Shown here piece by piece: positions 23,940-36,195 of a stretch of DNA of 64,000 nucleotides (position 1 is the first letter of the stretch; every line of letters starts with the position of its first letter). A model generated the notes under the pieces. The model ran no database searches and had not been told where the DNA came from. It saw nothing but the letters and a program-made list of their open reading frames with translations. The stretch covers positions 434,001-498,000 of the forward strand of contig ML978121.1 of the NCBI GenBank assembly GCA_010015805.1, read 5' to 3'. The stretch comes from Rhizodiscina lignyota. Lineage: Eukaryota. The position numbers and the translations under genes are program-made.

Positions 23940-25548
23940 GTTGACTGGAGTCGCGGCGTCCTTTCTTGAATGCCTTTCGAACCGTTACAGGAACAATTCG
24001 AAAGGAAGACAAGAAAGAACTTCTTGCTCCTTTGGTGAGAAAGGGGACAAGAGGAACTTGGGTTTCTTAAAGCGTGGCAGTGGCCAGCTTTTGAAGCGTG
24101 ATGTGCAGAAGCTCGGTGAAGCTCGATGCAACGTGAAGGATTGCAATTGGAAGTGAGTTGAAAGAGGGCAGGTGAGAGGTGAGAAATCAAGCAAGCGGGG
24201 GACGGATTGTGGAGCCTTTTGGCGCTGGCAGGAAACGAGGCTGGGGGGTGAAGGAGAGACAAAACATGGGCACTCAGCAGCTCCCTTAAGTTTGTTTACG
24301 CGAGCCGCGCCGCCCTCATCGGGCCTAGCGCCGAGCTGCCCCGGTCGGCTTCACGTGTGCATGAGCGCCGACTGCTGCCACGGAAACGCGCTCGCACGTC
24401 TTCCCTGCGCTCTCGAGTTCATGTGGCATTCAGCATCTCTTTGCAATGTGATTTCATTTCTTTGCCGTGTAATCTCCCGCTCAGAGCTCCCGCTTGCGTT
24501 TTCAGAACGTATCGGTGCGTCGACGATGCTGTTTGCCAACGCTCCACCACCGCCCTCCACGCCTCGCCGACGCGGACATCCCAGTGGCTCGCACGTTCCC
24601 GTTGGTCGTGGTCCAATATGACTGGACGTCTTTCCAATGCCGCCTGCAGTCGTGCCCCATCGCCGCGCAGGTGGATGGGCCTTCCTCAGCTGAAGTGTCA
24701 GCGAGCTTTGGCACTGTTCTGCGGAGCTCTACCAGCCTCTTCGTCGCTGGTGCAGCTGCAATTGGAGAGGCAGGGATGCGAGCTTCTGCACGCCATGCAC
24801 CAGCTGCAGATTCGTGCAGATTCGTCCAGGGAAGCTCCCCCAGCCTGACGACTTTGCAGGCTGCGAAGAGGCCGCGCAAGACTCTGTACAACGCGTTTTG
24901 AAATGCTGTAAGAATCAATTCTGGAATGGTCTCGAGCTTATTTCTCTGGGCACGGCTTTTGCGTTCGTGCTTCATGGAGTTGTGGCTGGGGCCGCCTTTA
25001 TGCACGCCGCAGCTACCACTTTTGCAAGAGCACGTTCTGTGCAAGATCGTCCTCGACGAACATTATGGTTGTCCAGCCTCTCACAGAAAGATGGCAGTCT
25101 TGGTGATCTAACTCCTGGTTTTCTTGTGGAGCCTTCCTCTCGGCCCAAACGCATCGCTGCCCTACGGTTTGAGCAAATGAGCAGCCTCCATATACTAGTG
25201 AAGTCGTGCAACAAATTTCCAACCATATTCACGAGAGAGATCACTTCTTAAACGTGGCTACGTAAAGAGTCGATGGCCTTGACAAGCCATCTCAGTTTTT
25301 TGAATGTCTCTTTGTATCAGCGAAGCTACGTAGGACTGGATATCTCAATGCTAAGTTCTACTAACAGTTCCACAGTGCTCATGACTGTGACATAAATTTT
25401 TAGGTGCTCATGCTCTTCGTCGTCCATGCTACGTCACGGTCATAGTCCATTCACGCGTTCCATAACTCCTCAAACTCCTTCCAGTCTGCGAAGACGACGA
25501 CCATAGGCATCACAGGCTTGTATAGAGTATCACAGCCAGCTGTCCCCC

Positions 25549-26613
25549 TCATGATCCATTTGCAATCTTTCCTGTGTCCACGCCTGATGCCACGGCTCCT
25601 CCATTCGTCTCATTCTTCAAGCCTATCCCCTGTTCATTGCTCAACGCAATTATCTCCTTCAACATCGCCTCCCTGACATCCGCCATCAAAGTATCAACGT
25701 CAGCGCCCGTAAGGCCTTTCGTCTCAAATGGCTTGAGCACTTTTATCGGTATTCTGCCGGCGCGGAAGATCTTGCGCTTGAAGTTGAGGATGTTGGAGTA
25801 GTTCGCAACGACGGCGGGAACGATCGGGACTTGGGCTTGGATCGCAAGGTGGAATGCTCCCTTCTTGAAGGGGAGCAGCTTTGGTTCGATGGCGTACGAT
25901 CGGGTGCCTTCGGGGAAGATGTACACGCTCTGCCGCGACCGGTGCATTTCTTTGACCGCCGAATCGAAAACTGCTATTGAGCCCGAGCGGTTCTTACGAT
26001 CGATGAAGACCGTCTTCGACAGCGCCACTATGTAGTCTGTTAGCCATTCCACCCTCCAAATGCGTATCTTTCGTCTCAACTTACTAAACTGTCCAAGAAA
26101 AGGTACCCACTTGAGGCTCTTCTTCGCCGTGACGCTGCAATACTGCGGCCACACCGTCGCCAGCATCAGCACATCCAGCTCCGTCTGGTGATTGCCCATG
26201 AACACCGCCGGCCGAATCTTCAACCACTCCCCGCCCTCTTTACCCTCCTTCCCGCCCGCTCCTTTCCCGCCAAATGCCCATCCTTGCCCCTCGTTGACGA
26301 TGTCAAACCATACGCCTGTTACCAGCCACATTGCGTACTTGAAGCTGCGAGCGGTCGTCCACTGAGCCAAGCCACCGTAGCCAACCAGGCGCAGACATAT
26401 TGATGCGACGACGCCGTAGCTTGCGCAGAGGCAGAGTGCGCCGATGGAGGCGAGGATGCGCGCCCAGAAGCAGAACGCTTGGTGAGGCTGTTGCAGCGCT
26501 GCGGATGTGGGTGCGCCATTAGGAGGAGCTGTGAAATGCGCGGCAGCGAAGAGAGCTGTTGTTACGCCGACATAGAAGAGCAGGATGTATGCGAGGATCG
26601 AAAGGAGGGACAT
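25549..26613 (-). CDS. SLC1: 1-acyl-sn-glycerol-3-phosphate acyltransferase; intron 26028-26084
   Basis: NHQTELD (HxxxxD), VFIDR, FPEGTRS and PFKKGAF. A 57-nt GT-AG intron restores LGQFMALS. Confidence 0.93.
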   Translation of the reverse strand: MSLLSILAYILLFYVGVTTALFAAAHFTAPPNGAPTSAALQQPHQAFCFWARILASIGALCLCASYGVVASICLRLVGYGGLAQWTTARSFKYAMWLVTGVWFDIVNEGQGWAFGGKGAGGKEGKEGGEWLKIRPAVFMGNHQTELDVLMLATVWPQYCSVTAKKSLKWVPFLGQFSKLRRKIRIWRVEWLTDYIVALSKTVFIDRKNRSGSIAVFDSAVKEMHRSRQSVYIFPEGTRSYAIEPKLLPFKKGAFHLAIQAQVPIVPAVVANYSNILNFKRKIFRAGRIPIKVLKPFETKGLTGADVDTLMADVREAMLKEIIALSNEQGIGLKNETNGGAVASGVDTGKIANGS

Positions 26614-27209
26614 TGCGCGCCAATTGGAGTTGGAGATGGACTTCGGATTAGCCAGTCAGATAGAGATTTAAAGGAGAGATTGGACATAGGGTCTATGAGG
26701 AAGAGGCCATGAGTCCAGGATGTCTCATGGGGTTTGGCAGTTGAGATGTTGAACAGACCGACTATTTTTTGCTGGGATACAGGGTTGAAAGACGCACACT
26801 GGCATGTGAGCGGATCCGGAGGCTTGGCAATGACGATGGTAAATTGGAGATGGGACAGAGTGATTTCTAGCAACGTGAGATTCCTAGGGCCCCGCAATGC
26901 TTTATATGTATGGGGTGGCACAGGGTTAAATTCTGCTCAATAATGTATTACCAGCCCAAGTGACCGGATCGCTCATCACACGCCAGTCCGCGTGACTACT
27001 CTTATGGTACAATTCCATCACCTCTCATCGACGAACCCAACCTTTTAAAACGCCGTGCAAATGCAGCCCAAAGCGCCACTCAATGCTCGCTAACTTGGTA
27101 TAATGCAGTCCAAAATCATGCTGCGACGCCGCATCATGCAAAATGCTGGAGCATGCTGTAGGGAAGTCTCGCTTTGGGGTGTACGACAGTACAGAGCAAA
27201 GCACATATC

Positions 27210-29820
27210 TTACATGATGTCCTCATCATCGTAGTCATCATCGTCTTCGTCCAAAACTTCCATCTGCTCTTTGACGTATGGTGCAGCCTAGTAGTCCTCG
27301 TTAGCAGCGACTCCATTGAAGCTTCGAAAGACGTGCCTTTGGATCAAGATTCATGGCAATCGTGAAATGCCTAATCGCGTTCGTCTTATCCCTAACGATC
27401 TTGTAAACCCGGCCCAGCATGAAATGCACATTCGCAGAGTCTGGTGCAAGATCTTTGAGGACCTCTAGCTCTGCCAATGCATCCTTCGGTCTCCGAAGGT
27501 TCATGAGACAACGAGCTTTCTTCTCTCTGGCGTGACGCGCATAAGCCGACTTTGGGTCCAGATCGCATGCATGAGCATATTGGACAAGAGCCGCTTGGGG
27601 CTTCCTCATCTTTTCAAGAACCTTTGAAGTACATCAGTACCGAGTCTAGCAACGAGTACATGGCGTGAACTTACCGTGCCAATACAGCCGATCAGAACTG
27701 GATTAGTCGGATTGATTTGATATGCTGATCTATAGTGCTTCTCCGCAACGTCATACTTTCCAAGCTTTTCGTAGACCTGACCAAGGCCATACCATCCGTT
27801 GTAATGTCTGTGGTCTGCCGAAATGGCGCATCGGTAGGCATACAAGGCCTTGTCGAACTCTTCGTTCTCCACATGCTCGTGTCCTTGGAGAGTGAAAGCG
27901 TAAGCAAAGCCCGGATCCAGCTGCGTGGCGCGCTTGAAGCATTTCACTGCCTGGTCATGATCGCGTGAAAGTGAAAAAGAGTTGCCAATCGCACACCATG
28001 ATTGTGGCGACAACCGATCCTGATCGATCAGCTCATGGGAAAGGTATGCGAGATCCATCTCCTTGCGAAGGTGCCAAAGCACCGTCGAGTACACTTCCAT
28101 GTCCTCCATTAGAGCTGGCGCTATCTTTCTGATCCGCGCAAAGACCTCTTCAGCCTCCGCATACTGTTGTCTCTCATAATATGCTTTGCCAATGTGTGAA
28201 AGAACCCATGGCGTCTCTCGTTGTTGAGGCGATACAGACGCAAAGGCTTGCAATGCAGCTTGACACTGATATCTACTCAACTGGTAGTAGCCATTGCCAA
28301 GTTTTGCAAACAGATCCAGGATCCATTGCAATCCTTCGTGTTCTGTACCAGCATCAACATGTGGTTGTATCGTCTTCTTCGGAAGCGTAGATGTGACACT
28401 TGCGATGCTTGGTGCTCGCGACAGTTCTCTCTTTTCCGGCTCCATGTTCTGGATGTGATTGCGATTCCCGCTAACTACTCGACCAACTTGAGTTGATCTG
28501 CCCTTCGTTCCGGTGGCTTTGGCCTTTTTGAGCTCACGCTTATCCGTGGACTCTGCAGCTTTCGCAACATTCGTCGTCGATTTGCTGCTCGATGGTCTGA
28601 TTTGACTGAACAATCGGGCACTTCTTCGCTGCGGTGCAGCTGCCGGGTCTGGATTTGACGATACGGATGCCGGGATATGCCCAGATACCGTTCGTTTGTG
28701 ATTGTTTGATGCTGTTGTAGGGCGTGTAATGTCGCTCTCAAAGCTTCCATTCACATCCTTAACTCTTCCACGCCCTGTGGTCGTTAACTTCATTTTTGGA
28801 GCGTCAGAATCAGGTAGTAGCGCTTGTAGCGTCCGTGTTTTACGCATCGGCGCTTGTGGAGGATCGTTCCCAGAATAACCAATGCTATTATCTCCCATGA
28901 TGATGTCCTCGTCGTTGGCGAAGCTATTCGCGGTTGGCGTATCCCAATCAGACAGAGGCGCGTTTCCGTTTGCCGAAGGGAGCATCCCATTTAAACGTGA
29001 CAGTAATCCTGAGCCTCCGTGATTTAGACCCGGATCACCCGCCGTCCTCACAGGATTGAAGGGGTCATTTCCCGGAGTCGAGACCGATAACTGAGAAGTC
29101 GCTGGTTGTTGCGAATCATTCTGATCTTCACTGATCGTTAATGCTGAGAGACATGACTGCATCTCAGGCGTCATCCTGAAGATGTTTGAGCTTCGTAGGG
29201 GGACACCTTTTCCAGTTAGAAATATGTTCGGTGGTCATCCAGGAATGGCCATACCTGAAGCACAAAGATCCTCAAAGGCATCCCACATGAAAGGATTAGC
29301 CTTAAGCGCCGCTGCAGAGAAATCCGCAGCCTTCTTCAGATCTCCATGGGCCTTCCAAAGCTTACCCAGCAGTGCGTATACTGCCGCTGCGTCAGGTACA
29401 TGTCGTCGTGATGTGTCGCTGTGCTTGTCTGGATCGCAAATCAGTCTACGATGCACACTTCCATTAACGACCATTTAACCCACTCCAATGGTTCCTCATC
29501 GCCCACTGCCCTCTTGATCTCTCCAGGGCCATGATGCCGTCTGAATATTGCTCCAAAGCAAGGCAGGCTTGCGCAAATACGTATGAACAACCCAGGTGTG
29601 ACCCACGCACAGCTCTGTCTCGGCTGTATTCGTATGCCGCCTTCATCCTCCCCAACCGGAGGTGGCACAGCGCAAGAAGGTGAATCGAGTCGCCATTCCG
29701 AGGGTCCAAGGCGTGCAACCGCCCTGCTACGAATAGCGCATTTTGTGTAAGGTCGTTATCGAGGTGATAGAAGATTATTTGCCGCAGCTGGGGCGCTACA
29801 GCCGGGTTCGAAGGAGACAT
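27210..29820 (-). CDS. bimA: APC/C TPR subunit Cdc27/BimA/Nuc2; multi-exon
   Basis: N-terminal QLRQIIFYHLDN..NALF.AGRL, NPFMWDAF, and C-terminal TPRs (YSTVLWHL, PQSWCAIGNSFSL, YAFTLQGHEH, RHYNGWYGLG). Confidence 0.93.
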
Positions 29821-30500
29821 GGTGGTGCCGATCTGCGGAGTCTTGTGTTGAGGAAGGCGTTACGCTGCCAACAGCAAACTAGATCGACTAGAAAGAAAAC
29901 AAGAGCCGGTCGAAGAAGCGATCCCAGATCATGGAGTTGGTATTGTTCTCAATCATTGACGCGGAATTACGCTTCTGACGGACGCAACTCGACAAAGCTA
30001 ACTGCGAACCGTGAGAGCAAAGCGCCGACAGAATGACTGAGTGCCCACAGTTGGCGTCAGAGAGAACACTGAAGACACAACATGGACCAAGATGTTGCGT
30101 GAGAAGTGTCAAGGCGTTGGTTGCGCCATTGTTTAAGCAGCGTCGCGCCGGTGATGGAGATGTTGTGATGGCGGCGACTGGGCGAACCGCTCGAGAGCAA
30201 GGATGTGCTCGGAACAGAGTAACCCCGGCCCGCCCCGCCATGCGATTTTCCTCGCTGGGCGGCTGTCGTGTCGTCACATTGAATGCCAGCCATTGTTTTC
30301 AGGGTTTCACCATGCAGGTTGATGGGATCGCAAAGAGCTCCGTGACATTGCTCCAGCCGAGAACGTGAAAGGGTCGATTTTCAGAGAGAATTCCATACAC
30401 CGCAGTAATACTCGTGTTTTGCCCGTACGAAGCAGTACATACTTTCGATATCATTAGCACGCGACCATTTGAGGCGTTCCTGTGATCAATCACACCAATC

Positions 30501-31140
30501 ATGGCCAAGGTAAGTCAAATGTATGCATTTCATATTTAAAGGGAAAATACTGAGATAGACCTAGAAAGCAGCAAAGACGTTAGCGGCGCGAAATACCCAA
30601 CGTCTAAACATCACTCTGGTCGCAAGTCTCGTCATCCATGGATCGTTCTGGCTACTTCGTCTGCTCGTCTTCCGCAAATCTTTTACCCGTGCGACACTTG
30701 TACGATATGTAGTCCTGTCAGCACCTTCCCTAATCATCCAGTTTTGGTTCGAGCGTATTGCTCGCCCAAGCTATGGCCCTTCCGGTGAAGTCCGCCGCAG
30801 TGGCGAGGATCTGGAGGCCAAGGGGCTGACCGAATGGATGTGGGACGTGTTGTACTGGACGTACGGTTGTATTTTTTTAGTATCATTACTTGGGGACTGG
30901 GCGTGGTGGTTATGGGTAAGTCGCAATCCGACTCGTTTCGTTGTAAGGAATCTAACGGCATAGGCTATCATTCCTCTGTATTCAGCGTATCTAGCATACA
31001 CGACTTTCACTGGCGCAAGGCAAAGTATGGCTGGTCTTGCTGGATCAGGTGGGGGGGATGATGGTGCTTCGGCAAGCCAGGGGAGCAAGAGACAGCAGAA
31101 GATGGAGAAGAGGGGAGGGCAGAAGGTCCAATATCGATAG
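30501..31140 (+). CDS. SND2: SRP-independent targeting protein 2 / TMEM208 (DUF788); exons 30501-30509, 30565-30915, 30964-31140 (absent from the ORF track)
   Basis: Spliced translation MAKKAAKTLAARN...SGEDLEAKGLTEWMWDVLYWT...WWLWAIIPLYSAY...SKRQQKMEKRGGQKVQYR. Confidence 0.92.
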
Positions 31141-31617
31141 ATTTCGTGGCATATATCCTTCCTGCTGAATGGGACCCGTTGAATGGCTTCGAGCTCCCGG
31201 TATACCAAGATGCACAAGCCATCTAGTTATGGTTGTACTGTGGGAAGACCTCTACTTCTCACGCGACGTATTCACCGCTGCGCCAGTAGACAACATCAAA
31301 TTGTGCCATGCGTCCAAAACCCATCATCCATGGCATTCGACATAAGTGTCCTCCGGGGTGATAAAACCGTTGGCCATCTGGTAAGATATAACGCTTACGA
31401 GCGGGCAGCTCTTGCTCTTCAAGCTAGGTGGGAGTATATCTGACAGCTTGGTTCTAGGTTTTCTGGAGTTCATGCGATAATGGCGAAAACATTGTATGAT
31501 TGTATGATTGATTGGTTATGAGGCTGCATATCACGGCTGCCTACTGGTCCGAAAGCTGTTCCTGGCCTTTCTGCACCTCTGAACCCATGTTAAGAGCTTT
31601 ACTACTCTATGTTACGA

Positions 31618-32550
31618 TCAGCAGTCGTCTGCATCATGCCATCGTCTAGTCCCACTACCCTCATTGGGGCACGCTGTACTGAAGTTGAACTCCAGAAGAT
31701 CGAATGCGAGGGCCTTCGTCTCTCGAACAATAGCGTTGAGTGCTTGTCCACCAACCAGATGCATCGACTCCCCCAAGGTACTGACAACGATATTTCGAAG
31801 TCCCCGGTCGGAGTCGGGCGTCATCGAATAGACAATCGGAATCGACTCAACGAAGGACGAATGGTGAGAGCATTTCTTGACCACGGCATCGTATTTACGC
31901 TCCGCGGCTTTCTTTAGTCCTGGTATGTCGTAATAGTCGGCAATTGCATACATCAAGGCATGCGTGACTGGACTGGACGCCTCAGGCCCACGTTTTCCCG
32001 GTGGCACATACGTGCGGTTTCCACTAGCACCTTCATCGGTGAGGTAGTCGAAGTGATAGAAGTAGTAGATCATCTGCATGGAAGTGTTAGCACTTCTCCC
32101 CTTCTAAATATCAAGGAGGGGCCTGGAGAGTAAAACAAATAGTCGGCCAGCAGGCAAGCTGCAAAGGAAGGAGGAGATTACAAACATGAGTGATCAGTTT
32201 CGGATCCGCGGCCGGCACATCAATATTGATATCATTCAGGACGATCTCATTCTTGCTACTCTCCTGTATCAACACGTCAATTTATAATGCAATTACAGTT
32301 TAATGTAATTGAATGTTTACACACCTTCCAACCAAATTTGCACGCGTTGGTCAGGAACGTGGACTGAGGGCAGACGACCAGTTTGTGAACCGGAAATTTC
32401 ACGTCACCGCAGATGATAGTCAAGTCTGCGTAGTTGTGTGTTTTGTAGAGCCTAGTGCTGAGAGTTAGTTTAGGACTGATGTTGATTGCAAATTGCTTAC
32501 TTGTCATAGCATTGTAAGAGGGCTTTGCAGGAGCAATCTGTTGCAGCCAT
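31618..32550 (-). CDS. BTB/POZ-domain protein; 4 exons
   Basis: YADLTIICGDVKFPVHKLVVCPQSTF, MIYYFYHFDY, HALMYAIADYYDIPGLK and TPDSDRGLR; splices into one intact frame. Confidence 0.88.
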
Positions 32551-32859
32551 GGTCTCTAAACCGAGTTTCAGAAGAGACCGTAGTGTTTGAAGGAAAGATG
32601 CAGAAGGCAAGGTTGTGGGCGAATATATATAACACGGCAACTGCCGGGGTATGAAAGGCGCGTGAGTCTTCCAGAGTGAATCAGCTCGTTAGGCAAGACG
32701 TTTGGACGTGTGAATATTGGAAGTGTAAAGAGTCTTCAGGAAAGCTTTGCATTGATTCGATCAAAAGAAGTAACCCTGAGTAAACTTGAAAGAGTTGCGG
32801 CACAAGTCCTGAGATGAAAGTGACACCATGCGCCTTTCCCAGGCCGTGTTCTTTCAGAT

Positions 32860-33195
32860 TTATTCCTCCTTCCCCATCTTAACCTCCAACACGTCCTTTC
32901 CTACTCCCGAGTCCTCAATCATCCTCATAGCAGCCTCGATATTATCCTCCGTCAGGATCGTGGTCGCCGGCCACACCTTAGGGTCTCTTCCCACGCTCGA
33001 CCATTTCACCCTGAGCTCCGCAACCTTTTCGCCTCCACTCTTGTACTTCGACATGTACTCCCGGCAGTTGGGAGACTGCGCAGACACGGCGGAGATTATT
33101 TCAGAGAGCTTCGACAGTTTGATCGACTTGTCAATGAGCAGGACCTCGTGGCGACCGGAGCCGTCGATGGTGAAGATGATAGGGAACGTCGGCAT
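32860..33195 (-). CDS. Small hypothetical protein (111 aa)
   Basis: AUG in good context (AAGATG), strong C/G-ending codon bias and globular composition. Confidence 0.75.
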   Translation of the reverse strand: MPTFPIIFTIDGSGRHEVLLIDKSIKLSKLSEIISAVSAQSPNCREYMSKYKSGGEKVAELRVKWSSVGRDPKVWPATTILTEDNIEAAMRMIEDSGVGKDVLEVKMGKEE

Positions 33196-34102
33196 CTTGG
33201 AGATTCTGTATTGCTCTCGAAAACTCTACAACCCAGCCGCGCGGTGATTAGCGTGTATATGTAGGGATGGTAGGATCGTATTTGGAGGTTGAGTGTGGAA
33301 TTCGACAGACAGGAGAGCTTCGCGACTGTTGGAGAGTCCTAGAGGAGATGTGAAATAGCTACAATACGCGATGTCTGCCCACCCTGAATATATACTGACC
33401 TACCTTGAACTCGTCCGCCTGGATTTCTGGCCACGCCTGGTCGTCGGACAGGTAGCTACGTCAGTGTGCATGGAAATCCGGGTTCTTGATCGCCATGATT
33501 GGAGAGTGGATGATAATGTCCAGTCTTTAGCACAAGCCCGCCACTACGGTCGGCTGCAAGATAATAAATGCACTTCAGCTTTTAACGCCGACGGCCCCTT
33601 AGCCCTGGCGCGCCTCGACAGCAGTGAGACGTTCCAACTGCAGCATGGGATGCTTTGGCCTTCGAACGGTGACATCGTTTGTAAAGTTCGACTTGCCGTC
33701 TGGCCAAAAGAATGCAGTGGCGGTTGAGACGCCTTCGGGAAGTCGGTGTTACCCCAAACTAGAAGGCTTGACGACGCACCTTTTCTAATTTCGACATTGC
33801 GTGTCTGGTCTCACCAGAAGGGATAATGATGAAGCCGTGCAAAAGATATATTCTTTGATCGCTTAGAAATCAGGGCTAATGCGAACGGGCTTTGGCACAA
33901 TGTGGACCGACTCCATCGTGCTGGCGTGGGGTTGTGTAAGACTGGCAAATGAGCCTCTATAATCCCTCCGATCTCTCAATGTTTATCTTTCTTCCAACAG
34001 CGGTGAACCGCGGTGACCGTGCTTATTCTGTTTGAAACATCCATCATAATATTCATCTTCTCAAAGCCTCCCACATTGGACATTACAACCTAATTTTCCA
34101 CA

Positions 34103-34916
34103 ATGGCCGCCAAATCAATCGTTATTGTTAGCGGTGCTCATCACGTTCCTGCCCACTACGAACGTGTGGCAACAGCACTCCGGAACGCAGGGTATAGTGT
34201 CCAAGTTCCACCGCTCCCGTCGATGCACGACCCAGCAGGTGTGAAGAACTTCGATCCGGACGTCAAAGCAGTACGAGACGCAGTCGAAGAAGAGCTTGGG
34301 AAGGGCAACGACGTTGTTGTGCATGCCCACTCGTATGGGGGAGCTCCGGCGTCCCAGGCGTTGAAAGGGCTGAGCAAAGCGGATCGCGAGAAGGAGGGCT
34401 TAAAGAATGGAGTCATTAAGCTATGCTACCTCTCTGCTTTCCTGTATGCTGAGGGTACCGGTTTCTCAACCTTCTACCCAGACCTAATTAAGCAAAATTG
34501 GTCTGTATCGGTACGGCTAATAGCTCCCTCGTCACATCGTACTCGAACTGACGTTCCGATAGCCAAGCGGATTCCACACTGAATCGAAGGAAAGCGCCAT
34601 CGGACGATTCTACAACAAACAAACAGAAGCTGAACAGGAAAGGGCCTGTAGTCTTCTGAGGCCAATATCGTTCGCTACATTTGAGTCCCTCGCGACATAC
34701 GCAGCCTGGAAGTACATCCCCACGACTTACATCTTCTGTGAGAATGACCACTCAATGCCAGGAGGGACTTGGGAGAGTATGATCGCGCCGGAAAAGGGTG
34801 TATGTGAACTCGAGGTTGTGCGATGCGACGGTGATCACAGTCCGTTCTTGGACAGGCCTGAGTGGGTGGCAAAGGTTGTGAGGAAGGTTGCGGGGGAAGA
34901 CGGAATAGAACTTTAG
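34103..34916 (+). CDS. Alpha/beta-hydrolase (Abhydrolase_6 / methylesterase-like); intron 34511-34562
   Basis: IVIVSGAHH and HSYGG elbow; second exon gives YAAWKYIPTTYIFCEND...GDHSPFL. Confidence 0.88.
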
Positions 34917-35216
34917 CTATACTAAGAACAAGTTTTATTCTTTAGCATGAGCGAGAGCATCTCTCAAAGCTCGATTCAATATATACTAGAGCGCATTTAT
35001 CTAAAACGCGTAGCGTTAGTGTGTATAATCTATATTAACTAGCGAGGATATATATCCTCGCGGTTCGATATATTGCAGCCAAGACTCCACTTTTTTGTCA
35101 CCCACTTATGTACATATGCTAGCTACTATATTCAGATTCCATAATTTCAATGGACTTAGTTTGCCCTTATTGATTCGACCATACACTTAACAGGTTGATA
35201 TATGAGGTAGCCATTG

Positions 35217-36195
35217 CTAAAACCCCATGTCACCCAGGGGGTTTGTCCGATCCAATCGGGGAGCTTTCCCGGCCAGCTTGAGCTTTGCCTTCAACACATT
35301 GTAACTAAGACTTGCATGCTCAAGACAGAGCATCTCGAACTCGGAGCTGCTAACAAACTCCGGATGAGCAGCGATTGCCCGAACAGCGGCATCTCGAAGG
35401 GCCAGATCGTTGTCAGGAGTTGTGGAGAAGACTATGCTCGTAGCTTCAACGAACTTATCGTGGTTCCAGAACACCTATGCGGCATCCTCGAACTTTGCCG
35501 CAGCCGCCGCTTTGAGCCCAGGAATGCCGTAGAAGTCTCCCAGCGCGTACATCTTCGAGTGTATAGTGACGTCGGTTTCCGGCGTGATCGGAGGAGGCGG
35601 CGGAGGTAACAAGTCGGGCGTTCCAGCTCGCATGGTTGTCGCAAGGGTGCTGTTCGGGACGCAGAAAGTGTATGTCTCTCCATACTTGATATCGATTTCG
35701 CCGTGAGCGCCGCCAGTATGCACTCTGCACATCCGGGTCTTCTTATCCGGTTCGCTCGCAGGCTGTAGAGGGAGATAGTCAAGGCAGTACAAATACGTGA
35801 CCATGTAGTCGACCAGCTGCGGATCGTCCATCTTTACCAAGTCGCTATCGTCGCTGTGGAGGGTGATCTCTCCCGAATGCGCCTCTCCAAAGCCGGTAGC
35901 ACAAGCTTTGCGGAAGAATGATGGCCGCGGGCACACGACAGCCTTATGCACATGGTATATCTTATCCCGGCAGACGATCTTCAGGTCGGAGTATGTCGAG
36001 TTGTTCAGCAGCCTAATTGAACCTGTTAGCATGCTGCAAGTGCTAGTCACACGGCGTCAAACAATATGAATCCGCAGATCCCATTCAAATGGAGTCACGG
36101 AAACAGAAACAGGAAGAGACAGAGCTATCATTTTCGACTTACCCTTTCTGCGCATCCACGACCTGCTGCAAGCGCTCGTCGCTGGATAAAGGCAT
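35217..36195 (-). pseudogene. BTB/POZ-domain gene with one in-frame TAG (35475-35477)
   Basis: YSDLKIVC...VHKAVVCPR, YLYCLDY and HSKMYALGDFYGIPGLK...FEDAA*VFWNHDKF...TTPDNDLALR; homology continues in the same frame. Confidence 0.75.
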
